Assembly (NCBI GenBank): GCA_050084985.1
Contig: JBITNC010000001.1
Location: 192,324,001 to 192,388,000, forward strand
Reading direction: 5' to 3'
Origin: Nageia nagi
Lineage: Eukaryota > Plantae > Pinophyta
Length of the DNA stretch: 64,000 bases
In this document: piece by piece, positions 25,943-39,348 of the stretch
How the letters are laid out: every line of letters begins with the position of its first letter
How positions within the stretch are numbered: position 1 is the first letter of the stretch
The notes under the pieces: model-generated
Seen by the model: only the letters and a program-made list of their open reading frames with translations
Database searches by the model: none
Told to the model about the DNA's origin: nothing
Position numbers and translations under genes: made by a program

Positions 25943-28173
25943 GTTGGAGAATTGGCACTTGTAATGATTTCATTTTTTAAGCTTCCATATTTTAGGTCTG
26001 CAAGCTACTAGTTGAGACTTGAAATGTAGAGATACTTCCTCATATTTGAGTGCATATATGATTCCTTGAGGTCTAATGAACCACTTTGAATCCTTAAATT
26101 TTTTAAATTTCAGGTAGAAAACCTCAACACCACTCTCTAAAGGACCAAAACTAATTTGGATGCAAAAATATCTCTCTGACTGGTCCAAATGTACCATGAA
26201 CCTTTCTAAGATTGGAAATTATAGATCTAGAAGAAAAATATGCCTCCTCAAACTCAGCAAACCTCCAAGATGAGTCTCATTTCATATTTAAGTGTTAAAA
26301 ATACCTAACATTTGGTTATGAAGCACTAGATTCTTCAGATATGGCACCAAAATAGCCAACATAGTTCTCCTTGGAGTCCTTTATATGGATCTAGGCTTCT
26401 TAATCATTGAAAAATTACTCAGTAAGTTAAAATATCGCTAAAATATTGAGGATAGATTTCAAACCTTTTCCTTTCAATATGATACCATTGAAATGGGTAT
26501 TAGGATACTACTGAAACATTCTTGATTCTTTGTCTTTAATATCCTTCCAAGTTTCTATCCAATAAAATCATATAATACCAGTAAAAATTGGCATCATAAT
26601 TTATTTAGATTCTTTTTGCTTCTTTTATTTACAACAAGTATGCTAGATCTTATATTTGATACCACTGAAATATTCTAGACTAGGGTTGATCTAGATTTGT
26701 GCCAAAGGGGCTCAAAAAAATAATCAAAATTATTAAAAATTTCAATCAAGTTATCTATTCACTAGAATTCCCTACCCAAACATTGAAAATGCAATAAATC
26801 TAACCTCTAGGGGTAAAATAATAATCCAATATCCAACATCTGGGTCAAGAATGACCCATCATTCAATGTAGGTGCATAAACTTGATAATTATGCTCCTAC
26901 AAATCCAACGATTAGCCAAATATGCAAGATATCAACCATAATAGTGCAATAATATTCATTAGAGTTCAACATCTGCAATAACCAATAATTTATCCTCAAG
27001 CATGCAATATCTAGTCTTTTAGGAAAGATCTTGCAAGATAACACAATAATGAGCCACAAAATATAATTCTATTAATATTACAATAGAAATAAAATTATAT
27101 GCCTTTATTCTATAGCAATAATGCCCTAGGGTGAAGAACCTCTTTAAATGCTAAAAATAAAGAAACAAGAAACCAAGGTTGTCCCATAGAAGTGCCAAGG
27201 CATGTACCAAGACTTCCTCCTCAAAATATGGCCAAGACACTAGGGTATTTAACAATGTTAGATAATCCAAGGTAATTCCAATATCCCTAGATAGCTAGAA
27301 AGTCCTTTGAGATGTGCTAACCATCAAATTAGTGATCCATATAGCCCTTAAACTTTGCTAAGTATCAACACCTTCCTTGTAGGTTTTCATCCATAAAAGG
27401 TAATGGAAGGAGCCGACGTCCACAACTTGAATAAGAGAGAATAAATTCTAAATAAACATATCTTCAAGTGAGGTCTCATCCTTATGTTATAGAATATAAA
27501 TTATCTCTAAATCTTGCATCCACCTCTAGATGATTCCATATGCATTGGGATCACCATAATCACCTTTGATGATGGAGATGTGCTCTTGGAGTGAGATGTT
27601 GCAATGTTAATGATTTGAGATCCATAAAATCATATTTAATGGTGCCAATTTATCTTTCTAGATTCCACACCTCCCTCTTGGAGTCTCCTATACCTAAGGA
27701 TTAGTGTTTCTATCTTATGATCCTCGTGCTCTACCCCTAGGGATGTGTTTAGCTTAGGGGGAAGCAAAATTACATAGAAAGGAATTTAAGTGCCTCGAGA
27801 TGCCAAATTACAATTCATCAAGGATAAGATATGCAACACCTCACTTAAGGAGACTAATATTGTAAATATTGTAATGATTTACATTGGTATTTTAATTACA
27901 ATAATTATTTAACATCTATAAATGGCCTATATAATTAATAAATAAAAATGAAAATTAATGACTCATGGATTCCAACGTCCCATGTTGGAGATCCTCTAAG
28001 TGGGATAAAATATATACAAAAATATCTCAAATAATTCTTAAATTACTAAACTATTCCCAAATTACTCTAAAACCATAAAAATATTCCTATATGACTAAGA
28101 GAGCACCATGAGGGTGCACATTCGACTTCTAGGTACCAGAGTGAGTGAGATGCCCAAATTTGGGAATATTACA
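25943..28173 (-). mobile_element. Truncated LTR retrotransposon (5' LTR 26666-28173 + PBS + gag stub) at the duplication junction
   Basis: LTR termini TGAAATATTC...GAATATTACA; PBS (TGGTATCAA on minus strand) at 26656-26664; gag-like remnant (ORF 25970..26197) breaks off at ~25943. Confidence 0.8.
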
Positions 28174-28684
28174 GAATTATACATGGAATTAGTAGCCATG
28201 AAATTGTAATTTCATCATGCATATTCTCAAATAATGGGCCTTCTATATTGTTTCTTCACTAACTTGATCTTTTTATCTAGACCTTAGAGTCTACTTTCAC
28301 AATCTTTGTTATGCTCCTTAATTTCCTTTTCAAGATCAAAAACTTTGGAAATATTATTTTTGTAAAGATCTTCTTTGATAACCACTTCTATTTTTTGTAT
28401 TTCAAACCTTATTTCCATTCTTTATATTGGTAGAATCAATTTCATCATACAAATTAATAAAATATCAATAATATATGAAATTCAAACCATTAAAAGAAAT
28501 AACAAAGGTAATCCAAAAGTATAAGTAGAAGAAACATGAAAAATTAACCACAAAATACTATCAACTTAGTTATTGTTCATGTATGGTTACCTTAAAAATA
28601 CATTGTATTATACAAATTATAATATTATCTCTTAACACCAAAACAAACAAAGAATTCAAAATAAATCGAATTCAGAAAACATAC

Positions 28685-30223
28685 AACTTAGGGCTTTATG
28701 TTTTCTTTCACATTTTGCATACTTGTTTTCTACATGCAAGTAGAACATATACAAAGGTTATGTTGTTATAGTTGGATCTCAAGTGATTCAATAGATAAAA
28801 TATTTTAAGTACAAATTACCTAGTCATTTTATTCCATGAAATTGTATTTGAATCATGGATCTTGTCAAATAATTTTTTGACCTCATGTTCTTCCACATTT
28901 TGTATATTGTATTATGCATGCAAGAATACATACAAAGGCTATGTTGTTATATTTGGATCCTAAGTGATTCATTAGATTAAATAATTAAAGGTAATTCCTA
29001 TAATAATTTTAGTTCATGATATTGTATTATTGCATCATGCATCTTGTTAAATAATTCTTAAGCCTTATGTGCTATTCCACATTTTGTATACTTGTATTCA
29101 GTATGCAAGAAGAATACATACAAAGGTTATAATGTCATAGTTAGGTCCCAAGTGCTTAATTAGATCTAATATTTTAAGTGCATACAACCTAATCATTTTA
29201 GTCTATGAAATTATTTTTGCATAATGCATCTTGTGAAATAATTCTTGGGCCTTGTATATTCTTCCACATTTTGCATACATGTATTCTACATGTAAGTATA
29301 ACACATACAAATGTTATAATTATATTACAGTTGGATCCCAAGTGCTTCATTAGATAAATGATTATAAGTGTATATATCCTAATAATTTTATTCCATGATA
29401 TTTTATTTTCATGATGCATCTTTTCAAACAATTCTCGGGCCTTATATTTTCTTCCACATTTCACATGCTTTTTTTTGCATGCAAGTAGAACACATACAAA
29501 GAATATGTTATTACATTTTGGTCCCAAGTGCTTAATTAGATAAAAGAGTTCAAGTTCATATATTCTAATAATTACATTGTATAAAATTATTTTTACATCA
29601 TTCATATTGTGAAATAATTCTTGGGCCTCATCTATTCTTCCATATTTTGCATATTTATTTTGTGCATGTTACAAAGGTTATGTTGTTACAGTCGGGTCCC
29701 AAGTACTCCATTATATCAAATATTTTATAGGCATTATGTTAATCATTTTAGTACATTAAATTTTATTTTCATCATGCATATTATGAAATAATTCTTGGGC
29801 CTCATATTTTCTTCCACAATTTGCATACTTATTTTTTACATGCAAGTAGAACACATACAAAGGTTATGTTGTTATAGTTCGGTCTCATGTGATTCATTAG
29901 ATCAAAAAGTTTAAGTACATATATTTTAATCATATTAGGATATTAAATTATATTTGAATCATGCATCTTGTCAAACAATTCTTTTGCCACATGTGTTTAA
30001 TTCAAATATTGTATACATGTATTATGCATGCAAGTAGAAAACATATTAAAAGTTATGATGTTACAATTGGATCCCAAGTTTTGTATTAGATAACATAGTT
30101 TATGGGTATTTTTATAATTTTTTAATACATAAAATTAGTTTTGCATCATGCATCTTGTCAAACAATTCTTGCACCTCATGTGTATAACTCAAAATTTGTA
30201 TACATATGTTCTGCATGCAAGTA
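28685..30223 (-). repeat. PPR-derived satellite, ~187-bp unit, ~8.3 copies (copy B)
   Basis: Anchors at 28732, 28916, 29101, 29288, 29477, 29664, 29838, 30026 and 30213. ORF 29198..29605 reads KCGRKYKARELFEKMHHENKISWNKII. Confidence 0.92.
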
Positions 30224-30239
30224 TCACAATTATTTAGTG

Positions 30240-32680
30240 GTTTGGGCTTCTCTTACATCCATTATTGGAGCATTTTGGATGAAGAGGTAACTTATTACCT
30301 CTTCAAAGGTACATCACCACTTGGTTTATAGTATTTTACTTGAAGATATACGATATTTATGATAGATGATATATTTTATCAATACATAGACGGAAGAAAA
30401 CCTTCATTCGCTTCTATTTGTGGTCTAGCTCATGGTTTTGGCCTTCAAATTACAATGGTTAGTATTTATGCATTGATTTTTGATAAAAAAAAATTATTAT
30501 ACAAGGAATATATTAAGGTTTGATCTCTTTTACTTATTTCAAGTTGACCAAAAATTTAAATATCATGGTCCTTTGGAGATTGGCATGCTCATAAGGTGGT
30601 TAGGAGGTTATACTTCTATTGCACCTTTAGTGTTTGTGGTGATCTTTGTGGGGGGGAAGGGGAAAGGTCTTGGTAGTGCTACAGATTGAATCACCATAGG
30701 ATGATAATTAATCATGACCTTCATATACCATATATTTTGTAATTTCCAAAGGATAAACCATCCAAAAGGTATTCAAGAGAAAAATATTTGAAGAAAGGGA
30801 GGAATACTAAAGGTTATTAAAAAAATTCTAATTCTCATCAATATAGATTGGTAAATGAAGAGATGAGAAAATATAAAGTGATGAATTATGTAGATATATT
30901 AGAGTAAATGAAGGAACACATTAGGCTGAAATTGGAAATATACAAAAATAAAGATAAATAAATACATAAATATACGAGGAAACTAGCCATAAACATGCAA
31001 CATCTTGTGAAAGATGAAGGAGATAGTGAAACAAGAGAGATACAATATTGCTTTAAATTATTTTTTTCTTAACTAACCCCTTGAATGTTTTCATAATAGG
31101 AGGCAAGGCATGAAGGAGGTGAAGAGGCAAGATATAAAGGAGATGATGTAGCCAAATATGTACTGAATTTCTTTAAATTATTTTTTACTTAACTAACCCC
31201 TTGAATGTTTTTATAGGTTTGAAGTTACATCAACTAAACCCTTGAATATTTTCATAATAAGAGGAAACACATAAAGGAGGTGAAGTGGCAAGGCATGAAA
31301 GAGATGATATAGCTAGAGAGTTATTACATTTATTTAAATTATTTTTTGCTTAATTAACCCCTTGAATGTTTACATATTTTTGAAGTTGTATTAACTAACC
31401 CCTTGAATATTTGCATAATAAGAGGTAAGATATGAAGGAGGTGAAGAGGCAAGACATGAAGGAGATGATGTAGTTAGAGAGGTACTACATTGCTTTAAAT
31501 TCTTTTATGCTTAGATAACCCCTTAAATATTTTCATAATTTTGAAGTTGTATTGACTAACCCCTTGAATGTTTTCTTAATAGGGGACAAGACATGAAGGA
31601 GGTGAAGAGGTAAGACATAAAGAAGATGATGTATGAAAAGAGGTACAAAGTTGATTTAAATTATTTTTTGGTTAACTAACACTTTGAATATTTTCATAAT
31701 TTTGAAGTTGTATTAACTAACCCCTTAAATATTTTCATAATAGGAGGCAATACATGAAGGAGGTTAAGAAGCGATACATGATGGATATGATGTAGCCAAA
31801 GAGGTATTACATTGATTTAAATTCTTTTTTTCTTAACTTTTTTTGAAAAGGTCATGTATGAAGTTTAAGGTCAGTAGTGCTGGCATTATAGATAACATTG
31901 GAACTAGGCTACAATGCATAAAATACTATCAATTCAAAGGAACATCAAAAATTTAAACATTAAGACCCTTGATACTGATCTTCACTTTAATAATATGAGA
32001 TTAAAATAAAAAAATTACAAACATGGGTAGTTATTCACATATAAAATATGTTGGTTCAATGCATTTATGGTACCCACTATTCTCATATACAAAAAAGGTA
32101 GTTTTATGGTCTTTGATAGGATGAATGAATTTAACTCATGATTTTTTTTGGGTTCAACATATTACAAAAATTGGATTAAACCTCAAGAATCCATAACAAA
32201 TACATAAAGGCTTAGAAAATTACATGAATATCTCTCAATCTCGTTGGTATGAATCATAATGATTCAATTATTGATTATAAAGTATCTATCTATGTAGTTG
32301 GGAGTATGGCTAGACTACATCCTTGTAATCTATTAAGGTTTATTTATAGATGGTATGATACGTGATTCCTTGGAGAACTCACATGATTCTACCAAAATGG
32401 AAGTTCAATAATAATAATGGTTTAAATGAATACTACCATATACAAAACCATGATCTCTATGGAATGAAATCAATGAGAAGATACCAAGGACACATGTGGC
32501 AAGGTAGAAGTCAAAGGAATTTCTTAGAGTGCCATGGTAAATATGTTGTGGGTGGTGAAGCATTGAATACTATATATGAAATGAAATGGCCTTCCATAAT
32601 TAGCTAAGTGAATGAATCTTGACCCAAATATTATATGGATCTTTATTGTATAGATAAAAATGGGAGGAGTACATGAGACA
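30240..32680 (+). pseudogene. Decayed multi-exon gene of unknown family (copy B, no Gypsy)
   Basis: Paralogous to 12420-21575; ORFs 30480..30689 and 32362..32607 are pieces of it. Confidence 0.55.
31040..31840 (+). repeat. ~161-bp exon+intron tandem array, 5 exon units (copy B)
   Basis: Exons 31100-31159 (EARHEGGEEARYKGDDVAKY) and 31744-31803 are flanked by TAG/GT; others start at ~31261, 31422 and 31583. Confidence 0.88.
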
Positions 32681-33224
32681 TTATAGTCTCGGATATCTAT
32701 TGTAATTAATAAATGAAGTGATGCAACTTTAGATACCCATGTGCATTCATTGATTTTTCTCTAATTTCTTTATACATGGAAGGTGACTTGGTAATTATAA
32801 ATTCTTCCATCCAAATAAAGTATTGTAACATTAATATTTGAAGGAAATAATTTCCTTAAAAAATATGGATTTTTGCAAATTTAGCCTTGAAATTATAAAA
32901 AGTGTCATTTATTTCAAAGACGTAGCCACTTGTACCCCATCATATATAAATTAAATTAGTAGTTTGATATGATAGTCTAAAAATAAATTTAATATATAAC
33001 CATAGCTACTTAGTATGTGAATCATCATTAAATCAATAAGAATTTGATCATCTATTAAAAAATATTCATCATAATGATAGAACCACAATGTATGCTTCAA
33101 TATTCAATTTTAAAATTTTTTGTTTCTAGAATAAATAGGAGTGTCATTTTTTAATTTCTAGAGTAGATATGAATGCCATTTGTTAATGTTGAATGAAAAT
33201 GTATTAACTATATTTAATGATAAT

Positions 33225-33550
33225 GCATTAACCATGCCAAATAATAAATTTTCATTTAATAAGGCCTTAGGACCTCAACCATGTTGAATAGGGACATTGC
33301 ATTTGATACGTCATGAGCCATGTTGAATAGGTATTTCTATTTGAAAAGGATGATGAATTTTTGAATACCATGGCTCAATCCATATAAAATGATAATATAT
33401 ACCTAAATCCATATCGAATGTTATTACAAACCTTGAGCCATGTCGTAAGATTTTGATATGGTTTTATCTATGTTGAAATAGTTAATATGGTTGGATTCAT
33501 GATGTAACATTCAACATGGCTCATGTCATGTTGTAACATTTGACATGGTT
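33225..33550. repeat. Alternating inverted repeats CCATGT(C/T)GAA / TT(C/T)GA(C/T)ATGG, subterminal-repeat-like (partial copy at ~22105-22215)
   Basis: Multiple direct and inverted copies read directly. Copy A lacks ~445 bp of this region. Confidence 0.6.
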
Positions 33551-33659
33551 ATACCTTATTCTTAAGTTAATTTTTTAATTTAAAACCAATATTCAATATT
33601 TCATGAATTTTGAATATATATCATTGATAAAAATAATCATGTTTCTTCAAATATAGCCC

Positions 33660-36600
33660 AATTTTCTACATCATCAAGCTTCTATATCATCAAGTTTTTA
33701 TAAGTCAGTTTCAAGAAGGGTATCTTAAGATGTACTGTGATGACATATTTATTTTTAAAATATGAATATTATGCAATGAGAAATGATAAATGTGATTATG
33801 CCATTTATAATAAATTGATAGGGAACCCAAATGTTTTAATGATTTTAGTAGTTGCTTGGTCTCCTCTTCAATGACATATAGCCTAGTTTATCTAGAATGA
33901 AGATTTCAAAAGTATCAAGGTTTATGGTTCTTAGGTAGCCCCATCTAGACTTCCAAATTATGATAATGATTGGATCATATTTTTAAAATATTACAAATAG
34001 TTATTGTACTTACATGAACATCTTTCAAGTAGGAAAGAAATCACCATGAAGCTACCAATTAAGTTAGGGAATTATTGATACACTCAATGGGTTGGTGCTA
34101 AGAAATTAGATGTTATGATTTTTTGAAGGAGAAGGATTTTGAGAGATATGATCCAAATGGTGTGATCATTTATTTTTGTAAGAATTAATTGAACAAAAAA
34201 TATGACCATATAACTCATAAAAGAATTGAAGCATTCATAAATTTGGCCATTGATGTGGAATTTTAATAAATAAAAGACAAACTAAAATATAATCTCATTT
34301 CTTCTTCAAATAGTTCATAAAAGATTTGAAGGTCAATGGGTTCTTATTTTAGATCTTGATCATCTTGTTCACCATTGGAAAACCTATGTCATTCTAATTT
34401 TGGTACAACATCAAACCCACTCATTCTAGAAGAACTAGGTGTCATGTTTGATGAAGATCATCTAGCTAAGTTGATAATGGAAGGAGAAGAAGTTGATTTG
34501 GGAAAAAGGATATGAAGATTCTATAAATATTGAAATAATAATTAAAGAATTCCCCATCCAATGAAACCACCATAGAGAGTACTAGGAGGAGTAAAAGGAC
34601 AAGGGTATCCATAAGAAGTTAAAATGAGTATGATGATGATGGAGAGGGTGATTTCAATAAAGATAAGGATAAATGTAAGAAGAAAGATGATGACCATCCT
34701 AAGAAAAAAAATATCAAAAATTGAAATAAAAATATGGAAATCCTTTTATTGAGAGTGATGGATCAAAAGAACAACTTCTCCCATAACAATATTTATAAAT
34801 GGTATCTACATAAACCACTTCCTCTGAACCAAGGCTAGTTCATGAGTATATTAATCTAGATTAAATGATTAAAATATATAATTTTAGAGAAAATTTCATT
34901 GGTTATCCTACCTAAGTATTTAGATATTATTTTCTATTGATAAAACTATTGGGGCTATTTTTGGTATAAATCATAGGTGTACGAATGGAGCAACATCGTA
35001 AGTAGAAGATTTCCTGCTTGGTTTTGAGGTTGTTATCCCACATAATTTAAATCTCATGAGTATTAGGAAATTTAGTAATGAGAAAGATGGAGATAAGGGT
35101 TGTTGAATTTAAAAAAAATAAAAATTATTTGAAAAGGAAAAATAGAATATTGAAGCAGGAGAATAAGGATTTATATATTACTCAGGTGAATTCTAAATAT
35201 ATCATGCTTCAATCTTCTTAGGGTTAATCAATTTATCTATAGATAAAAAAACTATTTAAAGGTATGATATTTATCAATATTATGGGAAAGTAAAGGCAAT
35301 GCATGGGATCATAAATGAAAGGAAAAAAGAAAAAGAAATTGAAGATGAAAGCCTCAATAAAGGAGAATAATGATGTATATAGTTGATGTGAAAATATTTG
35401 AGGGTTTCAGAATTTGTTGTCTAATATTAATAGGAAGGTAGAGTTTGTAATTCAATACATTTGACAAAATGAATTCTAAGATCAAGTCAACATTGGTGAA
35501 TTTAATGTTAAAAGTGATTGATAATGAGGAAAAATTATTTGAACATGATGAAGTGAAGGTGTAAGTAAGCTACATATTGAAATATCAAATTTTGGTAACA
35601 TATGTTAGTGTGATTGAATATGGGATTTACTTTCAAGCAATGGTTGATATGATAGATTGGCATCAAGATCTTAAAATATATTTAATCCAACTTATGTAGC
35701 TAAAAATGAGTAGAAGATAACATCTGATTTGGAATTAATAAATCTAGTTATTTTGTGAAGGATATTGATAAAGGTATCAAATATTTGGATGATGTGTAAG
35801 GGAAATGATGGTTGTTATGTTTGAAAATTTTGATTTTTAATTAGAAATTTTAACTTTTACAAAATCTATACTTAGAAAATTTTTTTAAGGGGGAAGTAGG
35901 GAGGTTGATAAACCTTATTTTTATTATCAATGTCTCCCTCTATTTTTTTAGCTATTCTTGTGGAAGTTAGTTACAAGTAAGTTAAGGTTTCCACAAATGT
36001 AGGATTATTATAAGTGCTTTGAAAAACTATAAAAACCCATTATTGGGCTCATTTTTGTAACCTTTTTAAGGGGGTGAAAAAATTAATATAAAGAGATACC
36101 AACTTCTATACAAAATTCTTTAGGATTTAAGCTGAATTTTAGATTTAAGAAAATGGAATTTGAGATTTATCTACAATTTGTTTTAGTTGTATCAAGCTTT
36201 TAGGTGTGATTTGAATAAATTTAAGGAGCATTATTGAGTTTTATTTTCAAGATCATAGTAAATAAAATTTGATAATATAAATATAGGGTGAAAGCAAGAA
36301 GTTGGGCTCACTTTAAGGGGAAGTGGGGAAAATCTGCTACTTAAAAACTTGAAGTCGAAAAAATTGGGATCCTAATAAATATCAAGATTTTGATATTTAA
36401 AGCAAAAATAAGTAAAATATCAGGATCTTGAACCTAAATCGAGATCTCGATTTTAATTCATTAATATGGGGATCCCAATATTTGAATCTACAATTTCACC
36501 TTGGATTTAGGCTCAAAAGCTTGGCTTGGTGAACCAACACTTAGCCTTGAACCTGCAAGTATATGTTCATGGTAAGTTTAATGGAAAATCTCAACTTCAT

Positions 36601-37920
36601 GCATATGTTTGATGGAGTTTTTAGTAGAATTTTTTCATGAAATTAAAACCCATTATAGATTAAAGAGTGTAGATTTCAAATATGTAATTTATTTTACAAT
36701 TGGATAAAATTTTATTTTTTTAATTATTTTTTAGTAAATATGGTCCATATCCTTGAAATATGAGGGTCTTGTATTTTCTTAGTAAGTTTTTTTTGGGGGG
36801 AGTTATAAAAAAAAATTATATAGGAACAAGATTCATAGAATTTTTTATAAGAATTAAAAAATTTGAAAAAAGATTAAGTTTAGATCAAATTATGGTGGAT
36901 GTACATGAGAACTTTTTGAAACCACAAATATGCCTGATACAAAATTAATAAAAAAAAATATTAATTAAAAAATTATAGAAAAATATCCTAGATAAGATCC
37001 AATGTGTTAGGTATCTTTTCCTAAAAGGATTTTAAAAAATACCTTGATTTTAGTCAAATTATGGTGGATGGACATGAGCATGGTATGGTCTAAAAATAGG
37101 TTTTTTAAAAAAGTGGTTTTTGTTCATCCTATCGAATTTTAAATTCTATGACCTAGGTATTGGAAAAATATATATATTTGAAAACTATACTTTGAGTACT
37201 ACATTTTCACTATATTGACCATTTTCATGATTCCATGTCTACGTACTTCAATTTTTGAGATCAATCATACCCAAACTTGAAAATCAAGGAAAACACTTCC
37301 CCTTTTTGGCCTTAAAGTGGACCCAACTTCTTACACCCACCCTATAATATCTTTTTCAAGAGTGTGTTCAACAAAGTATATTAGAATCCAAAGGATAATT
37401 CACTTCATCTTCACAAAAGGTTGATCATGTGTATAATATTGAGGATCGCCTCATAAAAAGGAGGATTTTGAACCCATGTGCTATCCTAGTTTTTACTTAA
37501 TAAGAGAAACCAATTAATAGTATCTTTTGCAAATCAAATGTAAATTATCTAAGAAGATATTTCACGATCCTTGATAAAATATCTCATGGTCAATATCCCA
37601 TGATACCTAGTCTTATAATTTGCAAATCTAGTGATGTAAGTATCAAGGGCATTTGCAATATACTTGTCAACTACTTTTATTCAAGGTTCTTTAGAAATAA
37701 GAAGTTTCTTCAAATTCTTCTTTGTATACTTAATTGATTTTGGGAATTGATGTTTTATTTGGAATTGTAGTTGTTTCTTAAGCCGGTGGAATAGATTGAG
37801 GAATTCACACCATAAATACTCGTATCTCCTCTTAGGATTGATTAAGATACTTGCTTTGATTTTTTCAAGATTGGTTCTTATAATAACTTAGTTCCTATAA
37901 TTTTCTTATTATTATTTTAT
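33660..37920 (+). mobile_element. 3' part of an LTR retrotransposon: decayed extra ORF + PPT + LTR (copy B)
   Basis: Paralogous to 22215-25571; PPT ends at ~35904 and the LTR starts TGATA at 35906. Confidence 0.65.
36286..37342. mobile_element. 1057-bp non-autonomous TIR DNA transposon with TATA target duplication
   Basis: Left TIR GGGTGAAAGCAAGAAGTTGGGCTCACTTTAAGG versus reverse complement of the right end GGGTGGGTGTAAGAAGTTGGGTCCACTTTAAGG; TATA at 36282-36285 and 37343-37346; empty site in copy A at 24941-24944. Confidence 0.9.
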
Positions 37921-38064
37921 ATGATAAGGTCTTTTAGAATAACTTGTTAGAAGAAGTCCTACCAATGAAATTTTTAGTGGCTATGATAATTGCCAAGAAT
38001 GTAGCTAATAGAGTCTATTTTACTTCCTAAAGCAATGTTGAAAGATTATCAAGAACACAAATAA

Positions 38065-38413
38065 CACGAGGGGTTTCTTAGTAGAGAGCCTTCAAAACAT
38101 GTGCGAAAATGGGCTTATTAAAAAATCCCCTATTTTTAAAATTTACCACCTTCCCTTTAAATTTATTAAACCCCCCTATTTTTAAAATTTACCACCTTTC
38201 CGCAACCCCCACCCTCAACTATGCACCCCTTGTCCCTCCTCACCACCCCACCCCTGTTTTTTCTAAATATTCCTACCCCTCCCTTTTTTTTTAAACACCT
38301 CTACCCCTCCCTTTATAGAATACTTATCGATATACCGTTAGTTGAACTAGATATTAAAAATACTCCTATATTTTTGTACATGGTATTTACCAATTTCCAA
38401 ATAAATCCTCATG
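38065..38413. mobile_element. 349-bp MITE-like element with 8-bp TSD (hAT-type)
   Basis: Termini CACGAGG...CCTCATG; TSD ACAAATAA (38057-38064) / AAAAATAA (38414-38421). Removing the element plus one TSD restores copy A (AAGAACACAAAAAATGATAATATG, ~25714). Confidence 0.8.
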
Positions 38414-38859
38414 AAAAATAATAACAATATGAATATTAGAACTATACCAATTTATATTAATAATAAATGTTTAAATATATATCAAGATCCTAATGTTATA
38501 TTTAATAAGAAAATTGCTCATTTGTATCTGAATGTTACATTTACCTCTTATTCTACATCAATTTGAAAATTCTAAATATACAATAAAATCGCATATTGCA
38601 CGATCTTTCTTATCAATACAACCAAATTCATAAGTATAATAATCTTATTTAATTCATATGTAAAAAAGTTTTAGGAAAGACGTAACTTAAGATAATGGTA
38701 TCAAAAAAGATTATTCAAACAATACTTTTGACTTAAGTCTAGCCTCAACATTGTTGCATTAAATATATCAAAAGAAGAGTTGCACCTTCTCTAGTACATA
38801 CATGATACAACCTAATTTTTTTTTTTGTGTTTAATGTGTTAAAAGAGATAAACATGCTT

Positions 38860-39348
38860 GTAAGCGTGAACAAATTGTTCTGGTCAACTTGTAGTGTACC
38901 TAATCCCATGTCTACGTTTGTTTACCGGGAAGGGAAGGTCAGAGGCAGGGCGTTACGCGCTTGTTCTCCAAGAAAAAGAACAAAAATCTTTAGATTATTC
39001 AAATTGTGGTACGTGGTCGTACTGACTCATAACCCCCCGTAGACTTCATCCAAAGCCTTCGAGTTGGACCGATCGTCAGGCCGGCTAAGAGAACCGCGTC
39101 CCGTGGATAGGATCCGTTCAACGACTTGAATTTATCAACACGTCAGGCCTCGTTCCTCTTCTCTAGAAGGCAAAGGAAGAAACAAGGCACCCTCATCCCC
39201 CTTGCAACGATTGCTATGTTCCACTTCTATATGTGCGCCTTCTGGGCTTGGATTTCACTCATGTAGAGCCCAAGTAATAATATTTTCTCGTCCTTCGTCC
39301 TCTTTCTGTGGCTGATTTTATCTTTTGTTTGGTTTAGAGTGTCATACA
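38860..39348 (+). promoter_or_regulatory. CpG-rich promoter/5' UTR of the syntaxin gene
   Basis: CpGs reappear abruptly. W-box at 38882-38887 (minus strand); CGCG boxes at 38955-38960 and 39094-39099; ACGTGG at 39011-39016; TGACTCA at 39023-39029; CGTCAGGCC twice (39074, 39141); weak TATA (CTATAT) at 39227-39232. Confidence 0.65.

Larger units (their letters stand above)
28174..38631 (+). repeat. Tandem segmental duplication, copy B
   Basis: Collinear with 10355-25942; lacks the Gypsy element and carries two extra TIR insertions. Confidence 0.92.

Noticed and set aside
33600-33659. ...TTCTTCAAATATAGCCC as the right TIR matching 8853
   Set aside because: Its reverse complement does not match the candidate left end, and no TSD is visible.
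39325-39348. TTG-initiated 8-aa extension of the syntaxin ORF
   Set aside because: Eukaryotic gene; SYP1 proteins start at MNDL, which is the ATG at 39349.
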